Below are positions 23,829 to 35,450 of a stretch of 64,000 bases of DNA, in pieces. The translations under genes were made by a program, and so were the position numbers. The stretch spans positions 166,160,001-166,224,000 of the forward strand of contig JBNRSN020000012.1 of the NCBI GenBank assembly GCA_051313645.2, in the 5' to 3' direction. Below the pieces are notes generated by a model. The model was not told the origin of the DNA and did not search any database. It was given only the letters and a program-made list of their open reading frames with translations. Positions within the stretch are counted from its first letter, which is position 1, and each line of letters begins with the position of its first letter. Origin of the DNA: Centroscyllium fabricii. Lineage: Eukaryota.

Positions 23829-24931
23829 AAGTCTCCAGGAGCTGATGATTTCCACTGTATTGTATTAACGAAACAGGTGATCACATTACAGATGCATTAG
23901 TCAAAATTTTCGAGAGGTATCTATATTCAGAATTGTGCCATTGGATTGGAAAATTGCATATGTCACTCCATTATTTAAGACAGGAGGGAGGGAGAAACCA
24001 GGAAACTACAGACCTGTCAGTTTAACATCAGTTGTGAGAAGTTATTGGAATTTATCATCAGGGGCAGTGACTGAGCATTCGAACAAGTATGAGCTGACCA
24101 TAGAAAGTCAGCACGGATTTGTGAAGAGTAGGTTATGTCTGACTAATTTTGCCGAATTTGTTGAGAGGTTACTAACATGGTGTCTATGGATGTTATCTGT
24201 ATGGACTTCCAGAAGCATTTGATAAGGTTCCACACAAGAGATAATTAGCAAAAAATGTTTGGAGATAACCTTGTGACATGGATTGGTAACTAGTTGGGAG
24301 ATAGGAGACAGATAAAGGGACTGTACTCTGACAGGATTTGACAAGTGGTGTTCCCCGGGGATCTGTGCTGGAGCCTCAGCTTTTCACGATATATATCAAT
24401 GACTTGGACAAAGGAATAGAGAAGTGTATATCCAAGTTAGCAGATGACACTAAGTTAGGAACCACAGTAAGTTGTGTAGAGCAAGAAGTTACAAAGAGAC
24501 ATAGACAGTTCAAATGTACGGACAAAACTGTGGAAGATGGAGTTCAATCTGCAGAAGTGAGGATACAAGAAAGTCAAATTGGAATATTTTCTGACTGGCG
24601 AGAGACTAGGAACTGTGGCGTAGAGAAGGGATTTGGGTATTCAGGTACACAAATTATTAAATGCTAGTGCACAGGTACAAAAAGTAATCAATGAGGCTAA
24701 TAGAATTTTGACCTTTATCTCAGGGGATTGGAATACAAAGGGGAAGAAGTGATGGTTCAGTTATACGGAGCCTTGGTCAGCCCCCATCTGGAATATTGCA
24801 TTCCATAGTTTTGGCACTACACCTCGGGAAGTATAAATTCCTTGGAAGGGCTGCAGCGCAGATTCGCCAGAATTAAATCCGGGCTTAAGGACAGGTTGCA
24901 TACACTTGACTTGTAGCCCTAAAGTTTAGGA

Positions 24932-25264
24932 TGTGGAGGTGCCGGTGTTGGACTGGGGTGGACAAATGCAAGAAGTCACACAACACCAGGTTATAGTCCA
25001 ATGGTTTTATTTGAAATCACAAGCTTTCGGAGCGCTGCTCCTTCCTCAGGTGTAAGAGAAGTTCCTTTAAAGACAGCATATATACAAGGGAGAGAGCAGT
25101 CTAATCTCTCCAACATCACACTTCAGCAGAGAGACATACAGAGCACCATCAGGCACCAGTCTGAGATCAATGAGGTATAGTCACAAAGGGTCAAATGTTG
25201 CAGTCTTGTGTCTGTGTGATTTCAAATAAAACTGTTGGACTATAACCTGGTGTTGTGTGACTTC
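24932..25264. mobile_element. Penelope-like mini-element with inverted pseudo-LTR pieces and a hammerhead core
   Basis: ~50-bp inverted repeat 24971-25021 / 25215-25265; TSD TAAAGTTTAGGA on both sides; minus-strand CTGAGGA-aGGAGCagcGCTCC-GAAA at 25018-25052. Confidence 0.7.
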
Positions 25265-25534
25265 TAAAGTTTAGGAAGTTGAGGGGTGATTTAATTAAGG
25301 TGTTTAAAATGATAAAAGGATTAGAGAAGGTATTTCCTCTGGTGGGGGAATCCATAACAAGGGGGCACAATTAGCTAGGCCATCTTGGAGTGTAAACAGG
25401 AAACACCTTTTTAAACACAAAAGGTAGTGTAAATCTCAAATTCTCTCCTACAAAAGGCTGAGGATGTTGATTTAATTGAAATTTTCAAGACTGAGATCGC
25501 CATATTTTCTATTAGTTAAGGGTATCATGGGATA

Positions 25535-25918
25535 GAAACATAGAAGATAGGAGCAGGAGTAGGCCATTCGGCCCTTCGAGCCTGCTCCGCCATTCAATGA
25601 GATCATAGCTGATCATCCAAACCCAGTACCCCGCCCCTGCCCTCTCCCCATCGAGCCTGCACCAACACACATCCCACCCTATCCCCGTAACCCCACATAT
25701 TCAATCTCCCTAACACTAAGGGTCAATTTATCATGGCCAATCAACCTAACCCGCACATCTTTGGACTGTGGGAGGAAACCGGAGCACCCAGAGGAAACAC
25801 ACGCAGACACGGGGAGAATGTGCAAACTCCACACAGATAGTACCCGAGGCTGGATTTGAACCCGGGTTTCCAGAGCTGTGAGGCAACAGTGCTAACCACT
25901 GTGCCACCGTGCCGCCCA
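25535..25918 (-). mobile_element. HE1-like SINE with a second CR1-family tail
   Basis: tRNA head with A/B boxes at 25850-25918; body joined near 25650 to a tail ending CTTCTATGTTTC. Confidence 0.8.
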
Positions 25919-27169
25919 CCATGGCACAGTGGTTAGCATAGATTAATATGGATTAAAGGCGGGTAAATGGAGTTGAGGTACAGATCAGCCATGATCTAAT
26001 TGAATGGCGGAACAGGCTCAAGAGACTGAATGGCCTCCTCCTGTTCCTATGAGTGAAGGGGAAAGTGGAACTGAATCAGGGAACAGTGGGAGAATAGAGC
26101 CAAGTTGGGGAATGCAGGGCAGAACACAAGAAAAAGTCAAGGATGACAAAGGCCATTCAGCCCATTGACGCTTGGTCAGCTACTATCCACCTCACCCAGC
26201 CCAGCTTAAAACCCCTTTAGGCTCGAATTTCCAAGCCCCATGGAGGCGGGAGTGGGGGTAAAATTGCAGAATCGGGGGTACGAACCCTTTACGCACCCAA
26301 CTTGTCTCCATGCCCATTTCCCAGGAGGCGGGTACCCGACCTGTATTGCAAGCCGCATCCCCGAGGCGGGAAGGGCATTAGTGCCAATGAACTAAAACAA
26401 CAGAAAATGCTGGAAAAACTCAGCAGTTCATGCAGCATCGGTGGAGAGAAACACAGAGTCAACTTTGTTATTGTCTAGTGCCAATTAACTGTCTGTTAAC
26501 AGGCAGTTTTTTGGCCTAATCCCTATTTTTAGCCCTGAAGTGTGGGCTGCCCGATGGCTCCAAACCACGCCAGGTTAGCGAGGTGGACCATCGGGCTTGG
26601 AGGGTTCGAGATGTTCAGGTGAGTGATGGGTGCATGAGTGCAGAGGTAAGTGTGTTTGGTGTGTGTAAAGTGTTTAAATAAGTTTTACTTACCTTTACTT
26701 ACTAATGCAGGCTTCCTTCCTTCAGGTCTCAGGAGTCCCTCATCTCACTGGCCCAGAAAGCAGAATGGCCGCGAGCTGTCAAAAGTTGCAGCCTTCTGCT
26801 TTCTGTTCTGGAGAGATTTCTAACCGAGTCTGTGGAGGACTCAAGGTAGAAGTCAGATTGTCTGTGTTTGACAGCTTCACAGAGCTGTCAAATGCTGATA
26901 TTTCATCTGTCAAGAGCTTAAAACAGATGAAATGCCAATCCCTGATGTCACCTGTAACCAGATGTCCCTTAATTGGCCTGCTGAGCCAACTGGGTGGGCT
27001 CAACAAGGTCAATCAAGGGAAAATTGCGTGGGTTGGCCACAAATCGATGGAGGCGGGACTGCAACCGAAAAAGTAGGGGTCCTGCCTCCATCATGTCCCC
27101 ATTGACAAAATCCAGCCCTTTGTGTTTTTTCAAAAATGTTATCACCTTTTGAGTAAAGAATTTATTTTT

Positions 27170-28505
27170 TATTCGTTCCTGGGATGTGGGCGTCACTGGC
27201 AAGGCCAGCATTTATTGCCCATCTCTAATTGCCCTTGAGAAGGTGGTGGTGAGCCGCCGCCTTGAACCGTTGCAGTCCACGTGTTGAAGGTACACCCATA
27301 GGGCTGTTAGGGAGGAAGTTCCAGGATTTTGACCCAGCAATAATGAAGGAATGGCGATATATTTCCAAGTCAGGATGGTGTGTAACTTGCAGGTGATGGT
27401 GTTCCCATGCACCTGCTGCCGTTGTCCTTTTAGGTGGTAGAGGTCATGGGTTTGGGAGGTGCTGTTCAAGAAGCCTTGGCGAGTTGCTACATTGCATCTT
27501 GTAGATACTGCAGCCACGTTGTGCCAGTGGTGGAAAGAGTGTTTAAGGTGGTGGATGGGGTGCCAATGAAGCGGGCTGCTTTGTCCTGGCTGATGTCGAG
27601 CTTCTTGAGTGTTGCTGGAGCTGCACTCATCTAGGCAAGTGGAGAGTATTCCATCACACTCCTGACATGTGCCTTGTAGATGGAGGAAAGGCTTTGGGGA
27701 GGCAGGAGGTGAGATACTCGCCACAGACTACTCGGCCTCTAATCTGCTCTTGAACCTACAGTATTTATGTGGCTGCTCCAGTTAAGTTTCTGGTCAATGG
27801 TGACCCCCAGGTTGTTGATGGTGATTCAATTCAATTAAATTTTATTTGTCACATGTATTAAAATACAACAGGTGCAATCTAGACAGTGAAATGCTTTCTT
27901 TACGAGCCGAACGCACCGCGCAACAAAGGACACTAAGATGCCCGGCACATATTCATCGGCGCCATCATCATGGGTCCCGTTCTCGCACCGCTCCGGCTTC
28001 TCCTGCTCTCAAAGTTCGATGTTCTTCAGCCGCTCTGTTCACCCCGCCGCTGCGGCTGCGGCCTGCCTCTCCACCCCCCCCCGCCCCCCACTCACAGTCA
28101 GTACCTCGAGCCGAGGAGCTGCCAGCTGACATGCTGCAGCGGGTCGTCGTCACCAGTAATGGCAATGATGTTGAATGGCGGGGGTCGATGGTTAGACTCT
28201 CGCTTGTTGGAGACAGTTATTGTCAGGCACTTGTGTGGCACAAATGTTACTTGCCACTTAGCCCAAGCCTGAATGTCGTCCAGGTCTTGCTGCATGCGGG
28301 CATAGACTGCTTCATTATCTGAGGAGTTGCGAATGGAACTAAACACTGCGCAATTATCAGCGAACATCCCCCAATCTGACTTTATGATGGAGGGAAGGTC
28401 ATTGGTGAAGCAGCTGAATATGGTTGGGCCTAGGACACTGCCCTAAGGAACACTTGCAGTGATGTCCTGGGGCTAAGATGATTGACCTCCAACAACCACA
28501 ACCAT
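27170..28505 (-). mobile_element. Non-LTR retrotransposon 3' fragment (RT C-terminus), interrupted at 27828-28153
   Basis: MFADNCAVFSSI...MQQDLDDIQAWA in ORF 28098-28367; AATAAA-containing tail near 27170-27215. Confidence 0.7.
27828..28153 (-). mobile_element. Short CpG-rich retroposed insert with a Rex1/Babar-like tail
   Basis: Minus-strand 3' end TGTGACAAATAAAATTTAATTGAATTGAATC; interrupts the host LINE; GC-rich body. Confidence 0.55.
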
Positions 28506-28719
28506 CAAGGCGGGGACGGGGTACTGAACTTGAAAGATCAGCCATGATCTCAGCCAAAGATCAGCCATGATCTCATCGAATGGCGGAGCAGGCTCGAAGG
28601 GCCGAATGGCCTACTCCTGCTCCTATCTTCTATGTTTCTATGCTAGGTATGACTCGAACCAGTGAAGAGTTTTCCCCCTAATTCCCATTGACTTCAATTT
28701 TACTAGGGCTCCTTAATAT

Positions 28720-30460
28720 AAGAACATGAGAAATACGAGCAGGAGACATGAGAAGGCCATACGGCCGCTCGAGCCTGCTCCACCATTCAATAAGATCATG
28801 GCTGATCATCGACCCCAACTCCCCTTTCTCGTTCGATCTCCATATCCCTGGATTCCCCTAGAGTCCAAAAATCTATCTCACCTTGGAATATACTCAAAGA
28901 GTCAACATTCACAGCCCTTTGGGGCAGAGAATTCCAAAGATACAAAACCCTCCGAGTGAAGAAATTCCTCCTCATCTCGGTCTTAAATGGCCCACCCCTT
29001 ATCCTGAGACTATGCCCCCTAGTTCTCGACACTCCAGCCAGGGGAAACAGCCTCTCAGCATCTACCCTGTCAATCCCCTTCAGAATCTTGTATGTTTCAA
29101 TGAAATCACCTCTCATTCTTCTAAACTCCAGAGAGTATAGGCCCATTCTACACAATCTCTTATCATAGGGCAGCCCTCTCATCCCAGGAATCAATCTCGT
29201 GAATCTTCGTTGCACCACCTCCAAGGCAAGTATATCCTTCCTTAGATAAGACGACCAAAACTGTGCACAGTACTCCAGGTGTGGTCTCACCAAGGCCCTG
29301 TACAATTGTAGCCAGACTTCCTTACTCTTATACTCCAACCTCCTTGCAATAAAGGCCAACACGCCATTTGCCTTCCTTATTGCTTGCTGGATCTGCATGC
29401 TAGCTTTCTGTGTTTCTTGCACGAGGACACACAAATCTCTTTGAACACCAACATTTGAAAGTTTTTCACCATTTAAAAAATCTTGTGTTTTTCTATTCTT
29501 CGTACATTATACTCCATCTTCCACCTTACTGCCCATTCACTTCGTCTATCTATATCCCTTTGCAGACTCTTTGTGTTCTCCTCACAGCTTACTGTCCCAC
29601 CTAGCTTTGTATCGTCAGCAAACTTGGATATATTACACTCGGTCTCTTCATCCAGGTCATTAATAGATTGTAAATAGCGGCACCCCACTAGTTACAACCT
29701 GCCAACCTGAAAAAGATCCATTTATCCCTACTCTCTGTTTTCTGTCTGTTAACCAATCCTCTATCTATGCTAATATATTACCCCCAACCCCATGAGCCCT
29801 TATCTTGTGTAATAACCGTTTATGTTGCACCTTATCGAATGTCTTTTGGAAATCCAAATATACATCCACTGGTTCCCCTTTATCTACCCTGCTAGTTACA
29901 TCCTCAAAAAACTCTTAATAAATTTGTCAAACACGATTTCCCTTTCATAAAACCATGTTGACTCTGCCTAATCGTGTTATGATCTTCTAAGTGCCCTGAT
30001 ACCACTTCCTTAACAATGGATTCCAGCATTTTCCCGACGACTGATGTCCGGCTAACTGGCCTGTAGTTCCCTGTTTTCTCTCTCCCTCCTTTCTTGAATA
30101 GCGGTGTTACATTTGCGACCTTCCAATCCACTGGGACGGTTCTACAATCTAGGGAATTTTGGAAGATTAAAACCAATGCACCGCTTCAGCCACCTCTTAG
30201 AATCCTCGGATGTAGGCCGTCAGGTCCAGGTGATTTGTCGGCTTTTAGTCCCATTAGTTTCTATAGTACTTTTTCTCTGCTTATATTAATTAGGTTAAGT
30301 TTCTCACCCTCATTAGACCCTTGGTTCTCCACCATTGTTGGTATGTTTTTTGTGTCTTCTACTGTGAAGACATACAAAATATTTGTTTAATGTTTCTGTC
30401 CTTTACTTATTCCCCATAATAATTTCTCCTGTCTCAGCCTCTAAGGGACCAACTTCAATT
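28720..30460 (-). mobile_element. CR1 LINE ORF2 fragment
   Basis: ORFs 29904-30176, 29473-29688 (KFADDTKLGG) and 28796-29434 (LVRPHLEYC). Confidence 0.9.
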
Positions 30461-30780
30461 TTACTCTGGCTACTTGATGCCACACTCAGTCAAATGCTGC
30501 CTTGATGTCATGGGTAGTCACTCTCACCTCACGAATTCAGCTCTGTTGTCCATGTTTGGACCAAGGATGTATTGAGGTCTGGAGCAGAGTGCTCCTGGTG
30601 GAACCCAAACTGAGTGTTGGTGAGCAGGTTATTGGTAAGTGTCGCTTGCTAGCACTGTCGACAACACCTTCCATCACTTTGCTGATGATAGATTTATGTC
30701 TCTTATCATATTGGCCTTAAAGAAAGGGCAGAAGTGCCTAACCTCATTAATTTAAAAAAACTCATTCTGAAAAACTTTTC

Positions 30781-31088
30781 ATAATAATAATTAATAATAA
30801 TTCAACTTTTATTGTCATTATACAATGTACAAGTACATGAACAACGAAATGTGATCTTGCAAGCTCCCAAGAGTCCAGCAAAGCCGCTGCGTCTGTGCGC
30901 GCCGCCATTCCATCTTCCCATCATTCCGACAATCTTCAGCCAACCGCCCCTCCCCGGGGCTCCTTTCGTGACCTTCTGCACCTGGTATTCCCTGGTGGTT
31001 ACCCATCCAAGTACTAACCAGGCCTGGCTCTGCTTAGCTTCCAAGCCTTGCCAGTGACCCTGTCCCTAGTCGCAGGAACAGGGTTCCC
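30781..31088 (-). mobile_element. 5S rRNA-derived SINE (SINE3-like), copy 1
   Basis: 30972-31042 matches the 3' part of vertebrate 5S rRNA (about 61/71 by eye) including box A, IE and box C; tail TGACAATAAAAGTTGA(ATT)n. Confidence 0.88.
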
Positions 31089-31366
31089 TACAGTGCAGAT
31101 AGAGGCCATTTCGGCCCATCGAGCCTGCACCGACACATATCGCAACCTACTCCCGTAACCCCACACATTTAATCCCCTTACACCAAGGGTCAATTTATCA
31201 TGGCCAATCAACCTAACCCGCACATCTTTGGACTGTGGGAGGAAACCGGAGCACCCGGAGGAAACCCACGCAGACACGGGGAGAATGTGCAAACTCCACA
31301 CAGGATTTGAACTCGGGCCCCTGGCACTGTGAGGCAATAGTGCTAACCACTATGCCACTGTGCCGC
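31089..31366 (-). mobile_element. HE1-like SINE fused directly upstream of the 5S SINE
   Basis: Same head and body as 1805-2140; lacks only the terminal TTCTATGAT. Confidence 0.85.
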
Positions 31367-32104
31367 TTATTCAAATAAATCCTCATGACAACAGGGGAAT
31401 TTGAACTTCATTGCTTCGGGGTTACCATTCCTCACTTATTCTGGAAGGATATTTTTCAATACAAGTCTTCAAAAAAAATAGAATTCTTTTCACCACAACC
31501 TAAAATGTACCATTTACTGTCCTGAGGGAATGGGCATGAGCTGAGAAGGGTCTGTGGAGTGGGCACCATCTCAGGAATCAGCACCTACCTGAGAAGTGGG
31601 CAGCTATGGAGAACAGGCCCAAGCATCAGCTGAGAACTGGAGCAGGGTTTGGTGAACTGTGGAGAGTACCTTGGAGACCCGGCTTTTCAAACACAGGTGA
31701 ATCAATGCAGAAGATTGGAGTAGATTTTTGTCTTCACCTGGGCGGTAATCTGGTGAAAATTGGGCGGGTTCTATATCCGCTCCACCTGTTTACTACCTGG
31801 GCAGTGAGGATGAAAATCTACCCCAATGTTTCCACAACAACTAAAGAGAATACCCAGAATCTCTACATGTGGTGTACACTGAAAAATGACACAAATTGAG
31901 GATAACCAAAGGTTTCAGTTTTGAAAATATGAGCTTGCAAATAGCCTATAAAAAAAGCCACCAACATGAGTCTCCCATTAGAACTGTGAGTTGGCAGCAC
32001 TGCAAAGGATCTCATTCTGCACTTATGGATAATCATTTTAACATTTTGGGACTGAAAGTGGTTGGTGCTGTGGTACACTCACCACAACTCTCAGGCATGT
32101 GTTT

Positions 32105-32682
32105 TCTAGGGCCTTGGTGAGACCACATCTTGAGTATTATGTGCAGTTTTGGTCGCCTTATCTGAAGAAGGATGGTCTTTCCATGGAGGGAGTGCAGCGA
32201 AGATTCACCAGGCTGATACCTGGGATGGCAGGAATGACGTATGAGGAGAGATTGGGTCGCTTGGGCTTGTACTCGCTGGAGTTTAGAAGAATGAGAGGGG
32301 ATCTCATTGAAACTTATAACATTCTATCAGGACTGGACCGACTAGATGCAGGAAGGATGTTCCCGATGGTGGGCGAGTCCAGAACCAGGGGTCACAGTCT
32401 AAGGATAAGGGGTAAGCCATTTAGAACAGAGATGAGGAGGAATTTCTTCACCCAGAGAGTGGTGAACCTGTGGCATTCCCTACCACAGAAGGCAGTAGAG
32501 GCCAATTAATTAAATATATTCAAGAAGGAGTTAGATATATTTCTTAAGGCTAAAGGGATCAAGGGATATGGGAGAAGGCAGGGACAGGGTACTGAATTTG
32601 GATGATCAGCCATGATCGCATTGAATGGCGGAGGAGGCTCGAGGGGCCGAATGGCCTACTCCTGTTCCTATCTTCTGTTTCC
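32105..32682 (+). mobile_element. CR1 LINE 3' end
   Basis: ORF 32099-32509 RALVRPHLEYYVQFWSP...; tail CTATCTTCTGTTTC. Confidence 0.88.
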
Positions 32683-32936
32683 ATTCCATAGCACCAAGAT
32701 CCCTCACCTTAATGAGTACAAAAACGATTTCCAAGGTTTACCGTTTACTTGCAAGTGAAAACAATGTCCTGTTCATGTCCCCTTTAACCTGTGTTGGCTA
32801 TAATTCCCTGTGTGTTACAGCTGTCATTTTGGTCATTTGTTACTGTATTATGTTGATCAGCCGAGGGTTGCTGGCTACCAGATTATTCTTCTCCGCTCAA
32901 AGATGTACACTGACAGTTCTGAAAATGAAAGACAAA

Positions 32937-33301
32937 TCAGATCTCTCCATCTTGCTCTTCCTCATCCCAGCCACATGACTCAATCTGTCCATCCTGTGGG
33001 AAGACAACTTCCAGGTCATAAACAAACTCTGGGTCATTGGGTTTTCTCCGGTTCTTTTCAAACAGTTCATCCATGATTTTTTTCTTTTTTGCCAATTGAT
33101 TGTCATCAAGTTTGTTGAGGTCCTCCTCTGGGTTGATGGAGTTTTCCCTCACGATTATCTCCAGACTCTGGTCAAGGCTCAGCCCATTCAGGCTATCCCT
33201 CAGGAACTGGTATAATTTCTGCAGCTGCTGCTGTGACACTCCATCCAGATATTCTTGGTGCCGAGGGTTATTCTTCAACTGTTCCGCAGCTCGGCTGCAA
33301 T
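32937..33301 (-). CDS. CEP19: Centrosomal protein 19, last coding exon
   Basis: (D)[14 protein letters not shown]...[10 protein letters not shown]...MDELFEKN...FVYDLEV...SCGWD; AG acceptor at 33303-33302; 130+365 nt gives 164 aa plus stop. Confidence 0.95.
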
Positions 33302-34454
33302 CTATAGTAAAATATTTTCAAAAGGGAAAATATATATTATATGCTGTCTCCATTCAATGCTTTTTCTATTTCTTTCCTTTTTGCCTATCTCTTCTAACAG
33401 TGTTGACTCTAACTGGAGTATGGTTTGGAATAATCCATCAAGGAAGAACACAGAAACACAGAAGATAGGAGCAGGAGTAGGCCATTCGGCCCCTCGAGCC
33501 TGCTCCGCCATTCAATGAGATCATGGCTGATCATCCAAACCCAGTACCCTGTCCCTGCCCTCTCCCCATATCCCTCGATCCCTATCGAGCCTGCACTGAC
33601 ACATATCCCACCCTATCCCCGTAACCCCACATATTCAATCCCCCTAACACTAAGGGTCAATTTATCATGGCCAATCAACCTAACCCGCAAAAGACAGATA
33701 ACAGGGGTAATGGAATCTCAGTGTAGAGCCTTGTGAGATGTCGGCATGGTCAATGAGTCAGCCCTGTTGTGCCCTAGCCTCTGTCCCATACTCCCATCTA
33801 ATGTGGCTGCATGCTAGGAGAGTAACCTTACAAAGCTGCCCTACCCATGACAGGAGAATTACCGTACTAATGTACCAAGGCTGGTGGAAGCAAATTCAAT
33901 AATAACTCTCAAAAGGGAATTGGATAAATACTAGGGGGGGGGGTGATTTTCATGTCACCATGAGGCGGGGTTTTGGGCGGGTCGGAGGTGAAAATAGCAA
34001 ATTTGTTGGGTCCTGCCCCACCCTGCCGTTTTTCCATTTTTGGCAGGCCTGTTTCCCTGCCCCGAACCTTTCCTGCCAGCAGCCGGCGGGGATGGTTGTT
34101 AAGGTCCTTAAGGGTCCTTAATTGGCATCTGTAATGCCATTTTAAGGGCCCTTAGCAATTTTCAGCTGTTTCCCACCCAAATCCCGCCATCCTAAACCCC
34201 GCTGGGTGAAACCTAGCGGGAACACAATCGGATTGCTGAGTATCTGTGGCAGGTCCCTCATTGAAGGCTCACATTTAAGCAGCCATCATTGGCATTCGCA
34301 CCGACATTGTTGTCTCAGGCCTGGGGATACTTGCAACAGGCTTCACCACACCTGTGGAAGGTTGGATTCTCACACACTTCTGCAGTGTGACCTGGGAAAC
34401 GCCTCTGACTCCCCCCTCACTCAGTGTTTCCTCAGCCGAGGCTGCCAGCACAGC

Positions 34455-35450
34455 CATGGGAGGCCTTTTCTTCCTTCCCTTCTTGGCATTAGATGATCTC
34501 CAGCAGGAGCAGTTGCGACGACAGCAGCAGCAGCAGCAGCCACACCAGGAGCCACACGCTCCTGCGGACCCTCTGGAGGCAGCATGGGCCAGAAGGCATC
34601 AGCGCATGGAAGCCTGTCGCCATAGAAGATACCCCCCAAACAGGGTCTACAGAATCAGGGCCAGTTACCTCAACATGAGTGAACGGCAGTGCGAAAGGCG
34701 GCTCCGACTTTCCCAAGAGGCAGTCACAGACATCTGCGCAATGCTGCAGCAAGAGCTGGAGCCCAGAACACCAGGTAGACATGCCTTACCAGTGGGCCTC
34801 AAAGTCACCACCGCACTCAACTTTTTTGCCTCGGGCTCATTCTAGGGATCATCAGCGGCATCTCCCAGTCGGCCGCACACACTTGCATCATGCAGGTAAC
34901 CGATGCCCTCTTTGCCCTCGCCCACAATTTCATCCATTTCACCAGGGATCGCGCAAGTGTGAGGGGGCGAGCGATTGGAATAGCTTGTCTGGCAGGCTTA
35001 CCAAGAGTGCAGGGCATCATTGACTGCACACATGTGGCCCTTAGGGCACCTCCCGACAACCCAGTTGCTTTTGTCAACCGCAAGGGCTTCCATTCGCTCA
35101 ATGTTCAACTGGTGTGTGACCACAAGGAGGAGATTTTGCATTTGTGTGCCAGGTACCCTGGCAGTTGCCATGACTCCTTCGTCCTGCGCCACTCAACCTT
35201 GCCTGCGCTCTTCACACCGCCAGACGAAATTCCGGGATGGCTACTTGGAGGCAAGGGCTATCCCCTCAGGACTTGGCTCATGACGCCGGTAAGGAGGCTA
35301 GCCAATGAGGCTGAGGAGAACTACAACTCCAGACATATCTCCACCAGATGCATTATAGAGCACACCATCGGCTTGCTGAAGATGCGTTTCAGATGCTTGG
35401 ACAGATCAGGTGGAGCCCTGCAATACTCACCAGCCAGCTTCTGTTACTCT
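34455..35450 (+). pseudogene. HARBI1-like DDE transposase, disrupted
   Basis: [57 protein letters not shown]; stop at 34843 and LGGKGY replacing the catalytic LGDxGY. Confidence 0.88.

Larger units (their letters stand above)
22330..25530 (+). mobile_element. Old degraded CR1 LINE ORF2 with younger insertions
   Basis: Fragments PLDWKIAYVTPLFK, NYRPVSLTS, SGVPRGSVL, KLADDTKL with many stops. Confidence 0.8.

Noticed and set aside
25890-25938. 17-bp inverted repeat as a structured RNA or terminator
   Set aside because: It is an inverted duplicate of the SINE 5' end, a common insertion by-product
30972-31042. Functional 5S rRNA gene
   Set aside because: 5' third is non-5S, no T-run terminator, and it is embedded in a tailed retroposon
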